From Octopus vulgaris (taxonomy: Eukaryota): a DNA stretch of 64,000 bases. The notes under the pieces are model-generated. The model saw nothing but the letters and a program-made list of their open reading frames with translations. It searched no databases and was not told the DNA's origin. A program made the translations under genes and the position numbers. Of the stretch, positions 43,170 through 57,117 are shown one piece after another; within the stretch, counting starts at the first letter, position 1; each line of letters starts with the position of its first letter. The stretch spans positions 117,490,001-117,554,000 of the forward strand of contig OX597819.1 of assembly GCA_951406725.2 (NCBI GenBank). Direction: 5' to 3'.

Positions 43170-43585
43170 AAAGAAATATACAATGCATGCAACGAAGGCG
43201 GTCTAAAACATATATAAAACAAAAATCTCTTTAAGTCTGGAACTATAAAATATTACAAATGTTATGAATACTCTATGTCTATAGAATAAAGTTTAAAATG
43301 AGTTTGGTTCAGTAGAGGATGAGTTTTTAATGATGTTTTTGAAATTTTACAGCGAAAAAATATTTTCAGCTTTCGTGGTAAAATATTATTCCATATGTTG
43401 ATGCTGTTATAAATAAATGTTTTTGACAAATTGATACTCGACAAAAGACAAAAAGCGTTTCAAAATTCAAGTCAACGATATCTCGTTCGGTAGTTGTGTG
43501 TGAGAGATTGGCGACAGATAATTTCAAAGAAACAAGTACACCGATGATGATGAAATATCTTTTTGAACTTGATGGCAGAGTTGTG
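43170..43585 (-). mobile_element. CR1/L2-group LINE 3' fragment
   Basis: THNYRTR and SKTFIYNSINIWNNILP..LKTH C-terminal motifs. Confidence 0.6.
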
Positions 43586-43868
43586 TACACACACACACAC
43601 ACACACACACACGCACGCACACACACACATACACACACACAAGCACATATATATATATATATATAAATATATTATTATTATTGTTATTATTATTATTATC
43701 ATTATTTTTTTTTCTTCTTTCACATTTGCTTCCATTTCTTGCCGAGTGTCTTCCCGACTCCTAGGGCAAAGAAACTCATAGTATACATTGATAGGCCATT
43801 AAACTAAACTCAAACGTTCGTTCATTTTTTTTAAAAGTTAAATTAAAATACATGGGTAGTAATAGTTT

Positions 43869-43917
<49 letters not shown>

Positions 43918-43974
43918 TATTATTATTATTATTATTAATATTATTATTATTATTATCATTATTATTATTATTAT

Positions 43975-44033
<59 letters not shown>

Positions 44034-44034
44034 T

Positions 44035-45900
44035 TAAACAAGAGTAATTTTCATTGAAGATATGATCAAGACAAGTCCAAGAGCAAAAGCATGCTGTAAT
44101 ATAGATGTTTTGCAATCAACGTGCACATGCAAGTAATACCAGTCGAGAGCTCCGCATACTGGAAGCCAGCAAGTGTATGGGATCACCAGGAGAGAATGCG
44201 CTCCGTTTCGGGGCCCACCTCTCGAAGGTATCAATGGACACTGACCCTCCTCACTGGTATGAGGCCTCGCTTGCTAGATCAACTTTTTTTATGAAATAAA
44301 GCTCAATAGTCTGCTATCCATTGGTAATCGTCGCTTTTTAGCCAAATCTCTCATAGGCCCCTGTACTGCCTGAGATCTTTTCCAAAGTCTAATTTCTGAG
44401 ACCTGTACAAATTTTATAGATACACTTCGTTATTTATGTTTGGGTCAAGAACCTTTTGATGAGTGGATCTATTTGTTCCTAAAAGCTCATTTATCACCAT
44501 ATCGTTTGAATTAAATCAGTCTCGGTGCTGCCTTCTCTTTAAACATAACGCCTCTGGTCTTATTATATATATTCCATCCCGAAAAGATTCAGATTCAACA
44601 TCAAAAGGAACATTGCTGCATCTCTCCTAAAAGAACTGTAAAATTAGTGGTTATTTTAGACGCTCTAAATCAATTCTCTTTGGCACTCGTACACCTGCAC
44701 AACGAATCTTCTTGCGCGCCCTGAAATGGAACTTAGCCCTAATCATTTTGTGATCAGTATCACAATCAGTATCTCACAATACTCTGAGACTGCACAAATC
44801 TTGTAAGACAGCTATCCGAGTAAAAGTGTCAATCGTGTAATCTTGCGTTGATATTGGGTGAATCCATGTGCCTTTATGTATCAACTTTTGATGAAAATGA
44901 GTATTCCCAACAACCAGCCTAAGCTCAGATCACATTTGTAGAAGATGGAACCCATTGTTTTTCACCTTTTCTATCCCGTAACATCCAGGTACATTTTAAA
45001 CATCATAATCTTTACCAACACATGCATTAAAGTCACGAAGCACAACTAACTTCTCAATCAATCGAACTGACAGACTATTTCTAAGATCCTCATAAAATGC
45101 ATGGATATTTTCCTCACTAGCTGAAAGTTTAAAGCAAAAATATAGAAAACAGTTACGAAACATCTACAAGAAAGGGGGATCCTGTCTTTCATTATGTGTT
45201 AGTTTATATTTTGTGTTTGCTTTGGGTCCCTTAGCAAATCCCTTCCGATTCCAAACCCAAAACCATCTTCGCTTTTAATTCCTGTCGGCTTTCCAACCTA
45301 GAAAAAATTGAAACCTGCTGCTCTTTCGGCAAGATGGCATTCATCTGAACATCTTGTTTCAGAAAGATCCGCAATATCAACATTAAAACGCCTTAGCTTT
45401 TAAGTCACAATAACTTTTCTTCTTTCAGGCCTATTCGTTTGATCTAAAAGGGTTCTCACCATCCTACAGGCTGGCTTAAGAGAAACATTATTCTTTACAT
45501 ACTAGATATCATTGTTTATATAAATTCTTTATTCATTCCTGCTAAAGTAAACCACCGTTAGCCGCAGTAAAGGACATTCCCAGTGTATCCAGGGGAGCAA
45601 TGTTCTCCTAAAAAGGGCTGCTCAGATACAGGATTCTCCACCGAAAGCATGTTACCGTTGTTAAGATAAGAACCCTGCTGCATTAGGTGTAGATTTATAA
45701 TTGTATTCTTCCAACCGGTCAAGTCTGCTTTCATCGCCACGATCACTACTTTTTTAAAAGTGATGATCGTACGATGATGGCGTTTTGCTGGGGTCATTCT
45801 TACTTCATCGGATTTCGGTGACAAACTACTGTAAAACACCGTTGCCATTCTCTCGGGCAAAATAGTAGATTCCAGTGGCAAGCAAAGCAAGAAAACTACT
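44035..45900 (-). mobile_element. Internally deleted RTE-clade LINE (5' UTR, AP endonuclease, probable 3' end)
   Basis: Minus translations NVDIADLSETR, DFNACVGKD, NTHFHQKLIHKGTWIHP and DCDTDH; no RT motifs seen; ends in an (AGT)n/(AAT)n tract. Confidence 0.8.
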
Positions 45901-45903
45901 ACT

Positions 45904-46176
45904 AAGTTGAATGCCATTTACGTTATGAAGGGTACTCTAGATGATGTTCCAAAGCTTCCACCACTCCCTGGTGCTGATACTCCTCATGGTGAGGAGGAGG
46001 AAGAGGAGGAAGAAGACGAAAGCTCAGAAGCCAGGTCCCCCTCAAAATCCCGCCGTCCTTCAGGGCCAAAGGTCCAAGACCCTTATGCTGCCGACGATAC
46101 TAGCACCATGTTGTTGCCTGTATTTGTGGCCATAGGGGCCTTCATACCACTCCTTTTTTGTCTATGTAGACTATGA
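45904..46176 (+). CDS. MLEC: Malectin C-terminal coding segment (partial; orphan last exon or truncated copy)
   Basis: KLNAIYVMKGTLDDVPKLPPLPG, poly-E tract, SGPKVQDPYAADD and TM ..VAIGAFIPLLFCLCRL* match the conserved malectin C-terminus (GTVDDVPKL..EEEEE..SGP..NPYA..FIPTLFCLCRL); frame uninterrupted; no upstream exons seen. Confidence 0.85.
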   Translation, partial: KLNAIYVMKGTLDDVPKLPPLPGADTPHGEEEEEEEEDESSEARSPSKSRRPSGPKVQDPYAADDTSTMLLPVFVAIGAFIPLLFCLCRL

Positions 46177-46329
46177 CGCTAGATATAAAAGGCTTTGGAT
46201 TGGGCTGAAGACATCATTCATTCAAGTGAGAGGAGTGGGCAGGGGTCGGGGAGGTGAATATGGGGTGGCGGGGCTGGTTTATATGGGGACGGGTTAACTA
46301 GTATCATCACTTTCTCATCTTAAACATAA

Positions 46330-46731
46330 AAATTATATATATATATATATGTATATGTGTGTGTGTATATATATATATATGTATATATATATATGTGTAT
46401 ATGTGTGTATATATATGTATATGTGTGTATATGTATATGTATATATATATGTATATGTGTATATATATATATATGTATATATACATATATATGTATATGT
46501 GTGTATATGTATATATATATATATGTGTGTGTGTGTGTATATGTATGTATATGTGTGTATATATATATATACACGTGTGTGTGTGTGTATATATATATAC
46601 ACATACATATATATATATATATATATACTCACACACACATGTATATATACTCACACACATATATGTATATATTATGCGTGTATGTATATATATATATATG
46701 TATGCATGTGTGTGTGTGTATGTATGCCTAT

Positions 46732-46764
<33 letters not shown>

Positions 46765-47025
46765 AGATATGTATGTATGTGTGTGTATGTGTGTATATAT
46801 ATATGTATGTATGTATATATGTATGTATGTATGTGTGTATATATATGCGTGTGTGTGTGTGTGTGTGAACATAAATACATGCATACTTGCCTAGATGTAA
46901 GTAATTAAATACAGATACACAAACACACACAATTATTGATGCATATATATATATGTGTATATCTGTGTGTGTATGTATAAATGTGTGTGTATATGTATGT
47001 ATATGATTTGTGTATATGTACGAAT

Positions 47026-47065
<40 letters not shown>

Positions 47066-47520
47066 TGTGTGTGTTTTTGATTATGTGTATATATACTGAT
47101 AATGATATTTACATGTATACACATGTGCATTTATATATATATATATATATGTGTATTTACATGTATATATACATACCTACACGCACATATATACATTCAT
47201 GTCTATTTGCAATTTTCAAATTGTGTATGTGTATATGTTTATATTCAAACGTGTATGATGAGGGGGTATCTAAGCATGGATGCACTCCATTGTGTAAAAG
47301 AATATATATAAGAATAAAAGAATTTTCTGATATTTTGCATTCATATACTCACTTGTATATATATTTAACATATACGATATATATAAATTTTTATGTATAT
47401 ATACACAAACACAAATACACACATGTATGTATGTGTACACATGTATATATACATGTGTGTGTGCATATACACATATAATCACAATATATAATATATATAC
47501 ATAGAGGTATATATGTATAT

Positions 47521-47582
<62 letters not shown>

Positions 47583-47939
47583 GGAGGCGGACTTGCGGTC
47601 GTAGGATCGCGGTTTCGATTCCCAGGCCGGGCGTTGTGTGTATATATATATATGTATATATATATATGTATATATATATATGTATATACACACACACATA
47701 TTCATGTATATTATACATACACTCATGTGTTTGTGCACCCAAGTTTGTGTGGTGTGTTGACTATATATTTGTATTTATTTACATATGTGCATACACACAC
47801 ATATATACCTGGGAATATTTTATGTGTATATCTGTATGTGTTCTTGTGCTTGTATATTTGTTTTTGTGTTTTTGTCAATGTATCTCTCTACCTGTCTGTC
47901 TATCTGTCTACCTATCTATCGTATCTACATGTTTGTGTG

Positions 47940-47980
<41 letters not shown>

Positions 47981-48433
47981 ACATGCACACAAGTACACAG
48001 ACACACACACACACATCTTGTAGGCTTTTCATCAAAAGGAGACTGCAAGACAGTAGTGGTAAGTGAATTTGTATCGATGTCACCGTTTCAAAATAGGTGC
48101 CCAGTATATCCGCATCTAACAGTCGTGGCTTTCATAGTACATCCATTTAAGGGGACCTGGTTTTATCCCAGACCGCCCTTCTAATTGAAGTGTTGCCTTC
48201 ATCGCGACATAGGAGGCTAATGTACCCCATACACACACACGCGCATGCACGCACGCACACAAAACCACACAGAGCAACAATATATACATATAAATATATA
48301 CAAAAAGAAAAAATATAAAATAAATCATTTTTAACACTTAAATTTCTAACGTAAAAAGAATGAAATACATATATATAAAAGATTATATATGTATACATAG
48401 AGGTATATATGTATATATATATATATATATATG

Positions 48434-48501
<68 letters not shown>

Positions 48502-48540
48502 AAGGATTATATTTGTATACATAGAGGTATATATGTATAT

Positions 48541-48580
<40 letters not shown>
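46330..48580. repeat. Compound (TA)/(TG)/(CA) microsatellite mosaic
   Basis: Direct inspection; source of many spurious ORFs. Confidence 0.9.
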
Positions 48581-48583
<3 letters not shown>

Positions 48584-48586
<3 letters not shown>

Positions 48587-48831
48587 GGAGGCGGACTTGC
48601 GGTCGTAGGATCGCGGTTTCGATTCCCAGGCCGGGCGTTGTGAGTGTTCATTGAGCGAAAACACCTAAAAGCTCCACGAGCCTGCGGCAGGGGCTGGTGA
48701 TCCCTGCCCTAGTATTTCACCATTCTTTCTCCCACTCTTTCTTCTGTTAGCCTGCTTGCTTAGCCAGCGGGGTGTCGTCATTGTTCGCAGCGATGTCTAA
48801 CAACATCTGATGGTCTGGTCGGTCACGTGAT

Positions 48832-48840
<9 letters not shown>
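48584..48840 (+). mobile_element. tRNA-derived SINE, family C (partial duplicate at 47580-47640)
   Basis: B-box GGTTTCGATTCCC; tail CTGGTCGGTCACGTGATCACGTGAT. Confidence 0.75.
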
Positions 48841-48869
<29 letters not shown>

Positions 48870-49324
48870 GTACATATACATATATACATAAATATGTACA
48901 CATAATGTTAGATGGCCGTTGACTACTCATGAACACTTCTACCCTTGAACAGGTCTTATTTTTTCATTATGTACGGCGTCCAGTAATTGTCCTCCTCACG
49001 TAGTAATCTTGGTTGTGTGTCTAGCGTCGTCACCGACGACCTGACTACGTAACATGCTGTAGTGGGTTTGATTTCACCAGTAGCGCTCGAGACCGACAAC
49101 ACACACACATACACAGACATCTAATTATTATTCAATCCAATGAAAAAAATCTTTGAAAGAGATGGAGAACATCCAATTTTCACTGGTTCTTCAGTTAAAT
49201 ACCACAATATAGTAGAGAAAAATTCCAGACTTAAAATGATATAAGTTCAATATATATATATTAAAGGAAATAGAGAAATACAGTTTACATATTATAAATT
49301 CCTTAAAAATATAATATAGTATAA

Positions 49325-49767
49325 TCTCTATATCTATAAACGGCAAAATATCTGTGTATCTGTGTGGTTGTGTGTCTTTTATACAAATCCACAGTTTTAA
49401 ACGTAAAAGGCTCGCATTTTCTATCGGCTTTCAAAACTGTCTGAAGGTGGTCGTGAAAATCTTTTCACTTACCCACTCACCCCGGAAAGCCAGGAACAGC
49501 CTCGATAAGCCGACCTCTTATGCCCAGAAGTTATGGGCATATAGGCATTGTTAGGTCCAATGAATATTAATTACTCTCAGAAAAAAGCTCCAAGTAGCTC
49601 ATAAATAACAAAACTGGCCCTGGCTGAAATGTGATAAGAAACTTAGCTCTTGATTTATCGAGAAACTTTGACTGCGACCCGGCAAGAACAAGGAGCACTA
49701 TCTCTAGACCCGGCAACGAACAACAAGAACTATCTCTAGCGTCGGCAACGCCGGATCATAGTGCTAG
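49325..49767 (+). mobile_element. Non-autonomous Helitron with reiterated 3' ends
   Basis: 5' A|TC, terminal hairpin TCGGCAACGCCGG, CTAG|T; two upstream CCCGGCAA..CTATCTCTAG units. Confidence 0.7.
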
Positions 49768-51278
49768 TTATACTATAAAAATATATAATATAACAAATAC
49801 CTTAAACAATTTGTTTGTATTCATATGCATAAATATGAATTAATAAGAAATTTACATTTATGTATATGAATCTTCAGGGAAATATTTGTCAAGAAAGAGA
49901 CAAAAAGTTCATGCAAGAACTGCTAAATCATAAAATAGGCTGAATTAAAATAAATTCGTGTTTACAAGCGTGAGCGTTTATAATTTAAAAATATAAAAAG
50001 AATAATAAAAGCAAAATCAAAGTCCAAATAGATGAAATAAATTAAATAAACAAAATGATTTCAACAATCATAAAATTTTTCTCATACAGCTTTCACCATA
50101 TTAATCTAAAGATGTTTTAATCTAAAGTAATCACTGCCCATTTTTTATATAAAGTCTATATAATTATTTTGAAAATTTTATAATCTATTATGAGAAAATA
50201 AATAAGAATACATTCTATTCACACACGAAGTTCATTAAAGAAAACCTGTAATCATCAATTCATTAATTCAAAAGTTTCTCTTAATTACGCCGATTCTAAA
50301 TGCAAAAAATTTGCGCTTATTATAAGCTATACTATTTCTTATATAAAAATGATAATATATATATATAAATAAACTATCTGAATTTTCCTTAGATTTACAG
50401 AAGAAAATAAATTAGAGTAATTATATTTTTCTATAATTTCTATGTGCAATATAATTTCTAAAGAAATTATATATTATGACACATACTAAAGAGTACACAA
50501 CTACAAAAGATATACATGTATGCATAATTATTCAAAAAGATATATAATTGTATTTAAGAATTATTCTAATCTATTTATGCGTACTAATATAAACATTATT
50601 ATAAATAATTAACAAGTGTAAAGCACTGATTTACTGAGAGGAAAATAACCTCTATAAATCAACGTTTATAAATATATAGATTCATTGCTTACAGAAAAAT
50701 AACAGGAAATACGTACTTATAATAGAAATGTTTTTAATCATAAGAGGGTCTTTTATAAAATAATGCATAAACTATTATTATTGAATTTTGTTGTTACACT
50801 TATAATCATTTTATATAAAGATAACATAAGTGAAACTTTTATCTTAAATTTAACTACGAATATAATGATATAGTTTGCACTCAAGACAAATATATTATTG
50901 CACTTAATACTAAAGTTATTTACTAATCCGCTGAAATAAGTTAACCCTCGTCAAAGTATTCACCTCTACATCGATATATGAGGTTATTTTGACATACAAA
51001 AATTATTGAAATAGAATTTATTAAATATACAATGATAAGTTCTAGCGTCATCAATACCAGTAATAGAATTATTATTTAAAAAATTATTTTGAAAATGTCT
51101 AATTTTCTGTTATTAATTGAAGAAAGAATTTTAATAAAACACATTTAGATGCTGAAAAGCCAATTCTGATGCTTTTATTATTAATTATTTTATTATAGTT
51201 ATTTACTTTTAAAATGTTTAGATATATTATATTATAATGTTAATAAATTTATGTCAATGGTATTTCTCTATTTACTTT

Positions 51279-51346
<68 letters not shown>

Positions 51347-51348
51347 CA

Positions 51349-51429
<81 letters not shown>

Positions 51430-51499
51430 CAAAAAAATTCCCGAAAGCATGTGATATATAGTAACATAGAAAATATATGTAAGCCACTGAATGTAAGCC

Positions 51500-51934
51500 A
51501 GCATTTTCTCAAACCAATTGCTATTCTTCCTACCTTCTGAGTCAGAGTATTTAGAAATAGTTTATAGGAAACGGCTTAAGAGAAAATCTTGAAATATATG
51601 AGAGAATATTAAGTTTTAAAACTCTGAACATTATACTTGAAGTTACATGTCAGAAAGTTTTACAGAAAATAAATCTCTACAAGACCAAAGGGGAAAAACG
51701 CATAAATATGTTACAGTGCTTACTGAGTGTACAGTATAGAGAAAAGGACGAATTATATCATATTTTCTGTTTTTCTGTGTATTTAATGTACACTCGCATT
51801 ACACATTGGAGATTATATCATTGTATAGATTATATGTGTTTGTATTGAGCACTTACTCATTGACTACATGCACTGATGAATATTTCACCTCTATCTATAT
51901 CTATATCTACCTACCTATCTATCCCTCTATCTAC

Positions 51935-51986
<52 letters not shown>

Positions 51987-51993
51987 TTATTTA

Positions 51994-52054
<61 letters not shown>

Positions 52055-53200
52055 CATTTGATTTTATATACGTGGCCTGATCAAAACGTTTCCGGACTGA
52101 TGCCACACAAACGAAGCTAAATCACGCAGTGAAGCTGCTTGGCAAGCTTCAAGTTTTGCTGCACACGCGCACTAAATGTTAACGTTTAACATCCGTTGTT
52201 TACAGATGTTATCCGTGTTTAAGTAAAGTTACAATTAATTGGATGTATGGACTGAAACTACAAAATAGGAACTCACTACAAATGGAAAGGAGAAGTGCAA
52301 TATAAGTCAGTGTGATAATCGGTAATTATGATGAAAAGTTCTCATATGGCGGTGCCCCAGCATGGCCACAGCTCGTGAACCGAAACTAGATAAAATGATT
52401 TGGACTGCCTACACATCGTCAGCGACATATTTAGCTAATATTTGACTGTGGATTCCCGGGTATGATCTACTAGTTGTCAACTTCTTTCGAAATTTAAAGG
52501 CGACAAAGCCGTAATTTTTTATAGTTATTGTACAAATTTACAGTTTGATAATGAGTATATGTGACACACTACATAAGATACAAAGTGTTCCTTCAAATAA
52601 TTGCTCAATATTTAAATACATACCGATAATGCATCAAGACATATATTAACATATCTTTTAAAGGTTATTAATAAAGCGTGATAATAATGATAAAATGACG
52701 GTAGATGCGATAGTGGTCCCTATTGTGGAATGGCGGTTGTATGCATTGCAAAAACACACCTAGTCTTTTAGCCAGTTCTGAATTGACCGTTTTTAATTGT
52801 TTGATCCTGATTAGAAGATACATACAGTCTAGTTTCTGTCAAAAGATGTATAACTCTAAAATCGTCTGACTGATTTGATTCTGTGAAAAGTAAATCCACA
52901 AACATTATATCTATACTGATTGGATATTACTCAGCTGAAATTTATTACAGAACTGCCATATATAGCTGAGATTTTGGCTACTTTCTTAAAATTGTGCTGC
53001 AAGATTCTGATTCAACTTAGTAGCAGCAAAAAAAAAACTACCAAGTTCAGGTCGTGGTAGATGAAGAAATGATTACTTTGTAAATGACTTGTTTTCAAAT
53101 TAATTGTCTTGGAATAGTTTCAAGAAAAGATTTTCCATCGGTACAAATGAGCGATGAACAGCTGAAGCTTTTAGAGATCTTCCAGTATGTCATATATTAA
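51500..53200 (-). pseudogene. Decayed LRR gene remnant
   Basis: Minus translations DGKSFLETIPR, SQNQISQ and RLYVSSNQDQTIKNGQFR (52830-52777). Confidence 0.45.
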
Positions 53201-53369
53201 GATGAATGGAAGTTGTTTAGAAAAGAATCGAAGCATTACATAAATTGTTGCCAGATCAGTTGCCTTTCAAAGTTTCATGTTCATATTGTTGTTGTTCTTG
53301 TTGCGGATCTTCTTCTTCTTCTTCTTCTTCTTCTTCTTCTTCTTCTTCTTCTTCTTCTTCTTCTTCTTC

Positions 53370-53435
<66 letters not shown>

Positions 53436-53502
53436 TACTACTACTTATTGTTTTTGCATAGCTTCTAGACCTCTTGGATAACACCCTATTATTATTATCA
53501 TC

Positions 53503-53552
<50 letters not shown>

Positions 53553-53622
53553 TCCTCTTCCCCTTCTTCCTCTTCTTCCTCCTCTTATTCTTCTTATTCT
53601 TCTTATTCTTCTTATTATCTTA

Positions 53623-53836
53623 AAGGCGATGAGCTGGCAGAATCGCTATTACGCTGGACGAAATGCTTAGCGTTATTTCGCCATTCGCTACGTTCTGGGT
53701 TCAAATTTTTCTGAGGTCGACTTTGTCTTTCTTCCTTTCGGGGTCGATAAAGTAAGCACCAGTTGAGTACTGGGGTCGATGTATTCGACTATGTCCCACC
53801 CCCAAATGTCAAGCCTTGTACCTAAAGTAGAATGGA
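53623..53836 (+). mobile_element. Meta-domain SINE (family B, alternative tail)
   Basis: Head and Meta core followed by CCCCAAATGTCAAGCCTTGTACCT tail. Confidence 0.85.
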
Positions 53837-53849
53837 TTATTATTATTAT

Positions 53850-56630
53850 TGTTTTTCTAGTTTTAATCTGCATGTTTGTTACGGTCACTTGCCGAGACGC
53901 ACCCAATGTCCTGAGATGAGTGAAGGATAAGAGTTGTTACAGTATGACTAAAAGCTTAGGGAGGAGAAGTAGCAAAATATTTTGACGTAATCGAAAGCAG
54001 ACATTTAATGCTTTCCTAAGAATATGTTCCGTACTTGTCGTTACAATCTTTTGGATTTCTCCGAGACATGGTTCTCCTGGTGTCTTATCTCACATTACTT
54101 TTCTATCATAACCAGGGCCCCTACATTAAGAGGAACAGTTCTCGTTTTAAGATGAGACATCTCTTGTATTTCAATTTCCAGGTCCTTATATTTATTTGGT
54201 CAAATACCTTGACAGATATATTTTTATCAGTGGTAACACTTACATCTATTAGTATACAAGTATTTTCTTCCCTGTCTTTAAGAATGATGTCTCGTCGTTT
54301 AGTCTGAATCGTTCTGTCAGAATTGACTAGAAAATCTCAGGGGATAGTGACATTTTTACCTTAAACGACTGGCTCAAGGTGATGTTCATACCAGTAAACA
54401 GGAGTGCAGATTTTATAGTGTTTACATATGTTCCCGTGTAAATACTATCCTACATTATCGTGGTGATTTCTGTCTTCATTTGGTGCCAGCACAGGACATC
54501 CCGAGACGATTTATCTATTTTTTCGTCAAATGTATCTCAGAATCTGCATTCAGGGTCAGAACCGCTTTGAAGAACGTTAGCCGGGTAGTTTTTTTTTTCT
54601 GAGCACGCTTTGATATTTTGCCGCTAATATGAAATCTTCATAGTCTCTGCTCTTAGTCCTGAGCTTCTGAGCCACTGATGTGTTGTGGCTTGATCTACAT
54701 CAGCTTTTTGACTTCGAGTTGCTCCACCTCTCCTCGATTTGTTTCTGCCCGTTCTTGCAGACTGCTTGATCCATTTTGTCTGTTTTGTGGCAGTGGTTTC
54801 AGGTTCTTAAAATATTTCAAACTTGACACCAAGTTCCTTTGCAAATTTCGAAGCTTCCTTCACAATAGAAAGTGATATGTTGCTGCTTTCGTGGTTGCAC
54901 AGAATTCGCAGCGTCCAGTCCTTTGTACTGGAAAAGTACCTGTTCATTCCCTTTACGAAGGTCTTGTAGCACATTTCTTCAAGCATCATTATTCTTCCAC
55001 CATTATTTCAAGGTAGATGCAGACGATTAACATCTGCTTTTGGGTGGTGCATGTTCTTAGAAATTTGTAGTTGGAGCTCTTTAAATTCCAGTCAATGATG
55101 TTAAAACTATATCGGATAGACTACTGGAAATTCCAATATGTTAATGGCTTCCATGCGAATTTTAGAGTTGATTTCTGTTTTGTAGTATGATTCTCCTGTA
55201 ATATCCCTTTCTTAATCTTTCCCTTCGTAGTAGCATATTGAATATCATTTCCTTCGTTTATCTCCAGGTATTTGTAATTTTCTTGTGGGTCAGGCTCCTT
55301 GATGGTAGTGTCGGTATCTAATTTAATTGAAGCTATTTGCCTCTAATAAATGTTTTTTTCAGCACACTTATCAAGGCTAAAGCCCATCCCGATATCATTA
55401 CTGAATTCTGGCAGCTCTTCGTCATTGCTAGCAAATGGCTTCAGATCATCCATAAAAAAAACAGACGGTTTATTGGCGTGTTGTAAACTTTGAACCCATA
55501 CCTGGTGCACTTTAGTTCGTGTGAGAGTCGGATCAGTGTCCTGCAAAAAGTAATGGGAAGAGTTAGTCACCTTGAAAGATGTTTCGTTTGATGCTGATGT
55601 CGTTAGTTTAGCTCATTACAAATGACCATGCTATCTTGTAAGAATTTGGAGATGACAGGAGAGCTCTTATATATTTCAAGGGCCTTGAGTATCCAATTAT
55701 GTGGGACACTATCAAACATTTTCTTGTAGTTTATCCATGCCATATTTAAGCTCTTCGTTTTGCTCTGGCAATTCTCTACAATCATTTTGCTTTAAATAAT
55801 TGATGTTTGCACCCATAATAATTCCTTGTACTGCCCTTTGGAGATTGCGGAAGGATAGATCTCTATTCAAGGAAAGTGTATATTCTGTCATTTAATATGG
55901 ATGTGAGGATCTTGGAGGTGGTATTGCGACATGTTATTGGTCGGTAGTTCTTTGGATTTTTTTGTGTCTTCAGTTTATGGCAGGAGATATGTTGCTCTGT
56001 CGGTCAAACAGGCAGGTATTTTCTCTGGGTTCTGGATGACATCACTCAGAGAGGTAGCGAACTTTTAGTGTACTTCTGTCAGATACCACTTCCTTGTTTT
56101 TCGAATGGTTATAGTTATATATCGTCGGCTGATAGATCGAAAATCGCCTTTTTCTGTTTAATAGCTAGTTCACGGCATACATGTCTGCTCCTGTTTAAAT
56201 TCATTTCTGGGAAGTCGCTTTGTTTTTGGTTGGTATGGCGTTGGTCGTGACAGTGTTTATTTTTTCTATGATTTTCTTTGTGTGTCCATGTGTGTTGTGT
56301 AGGCATTATTTGTGTTTCTTACAAATATGATCATGTACAAATAGATGCGTGAACAGCTGCATGTATAGGTAGTTATTCAAATTACGTACTTACTATATAA
56401 GTGGTGTTTTTCCAGGTTTCTTGGGGCTAGTTTCGGCTTCTCGCGTAGGTTACATTGAGATATCGTGCATTTAAGAAAGAAACTACACTTTATATGATAA
56501 AATATTTTCGCTTGTATAGTTCCTCTGCTCTAACAGAACTATTCTCATATTTGTATTGCGAAGTTATCCTTCCATTGCACGAATGTCATTAGTTTGAGTT
56601 TTCTGGAGCGGGATGCTTAGAGTCTGTCCA
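53850..56630 (-). mobile_element. Degenerate R4/Dong-clade LINE (RT plus restriction-like endonuclease)
   Basis: NYRPITC, AWINYKKMFDSVPHNWI, FMDDLK, FSNDIGMGFSLDKC and KYKDLEIEI motifs; 3' end in (AAT)n. Confidence 0.9.
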
Positions 56631-56701
56631 TGTAATTAACCCGTCTTCTTCTTCTTCTTCTTCTTCTTCTTCTTCTTCTTCTTCTTCTTCTTCTTCTTCT
56701 T

Positions 56702-56777
<76 letters not shown>

Positions 56778-56806
56778 TATTATTATTATCATCATCGTCG
56801 TCGTCG

Positions 56807-56840
<34 letters not shown>

Positions 56841-56887
56841 TATCATCATCATCACCATCATCATCAGCATCATATTTATTATTTGAA

Positions 56888-57100
56888 AGGCGGTGAGGTG
56901 ACAGAAGCGTTAACGTGACAGACGAACTGCTTAGCGGTATTTCGTCCGCCTCTACGTTCTGAGTTCAAATTCTGCCGAGTTCGACTTTGCCTTCCATCCT
57001 TACAAGGTAGATTGAATAAGTTCTAGTTGAACACCGGGATTGATGTAATCAACTTATTCCTGCCCCCAAAACTGTTGCCAGTTTGGAAAAAATTGAAACC
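56888..57100 (+). mobile_element. Meta-domain SINE (family B, alternative tail)
   Basis: Head, B-box GAGTTCAAATTC and Meta core. Confidence 0.8.
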
Positions 57101-57117
57101 ATTATTATTATTATTAT

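Noticed and set aside
45558-45917. 119-aa minus ORF with hydrophobic start
   Set aside because: Lies in the presumed RTE 5' UTR, overlaps malectin antisense, and has no recognisable domain
48024-48064. Possible micro-exon (TTGTAG...GTAAGT)
   Set aside because: No recognisable product and no supporting neighbouring exons
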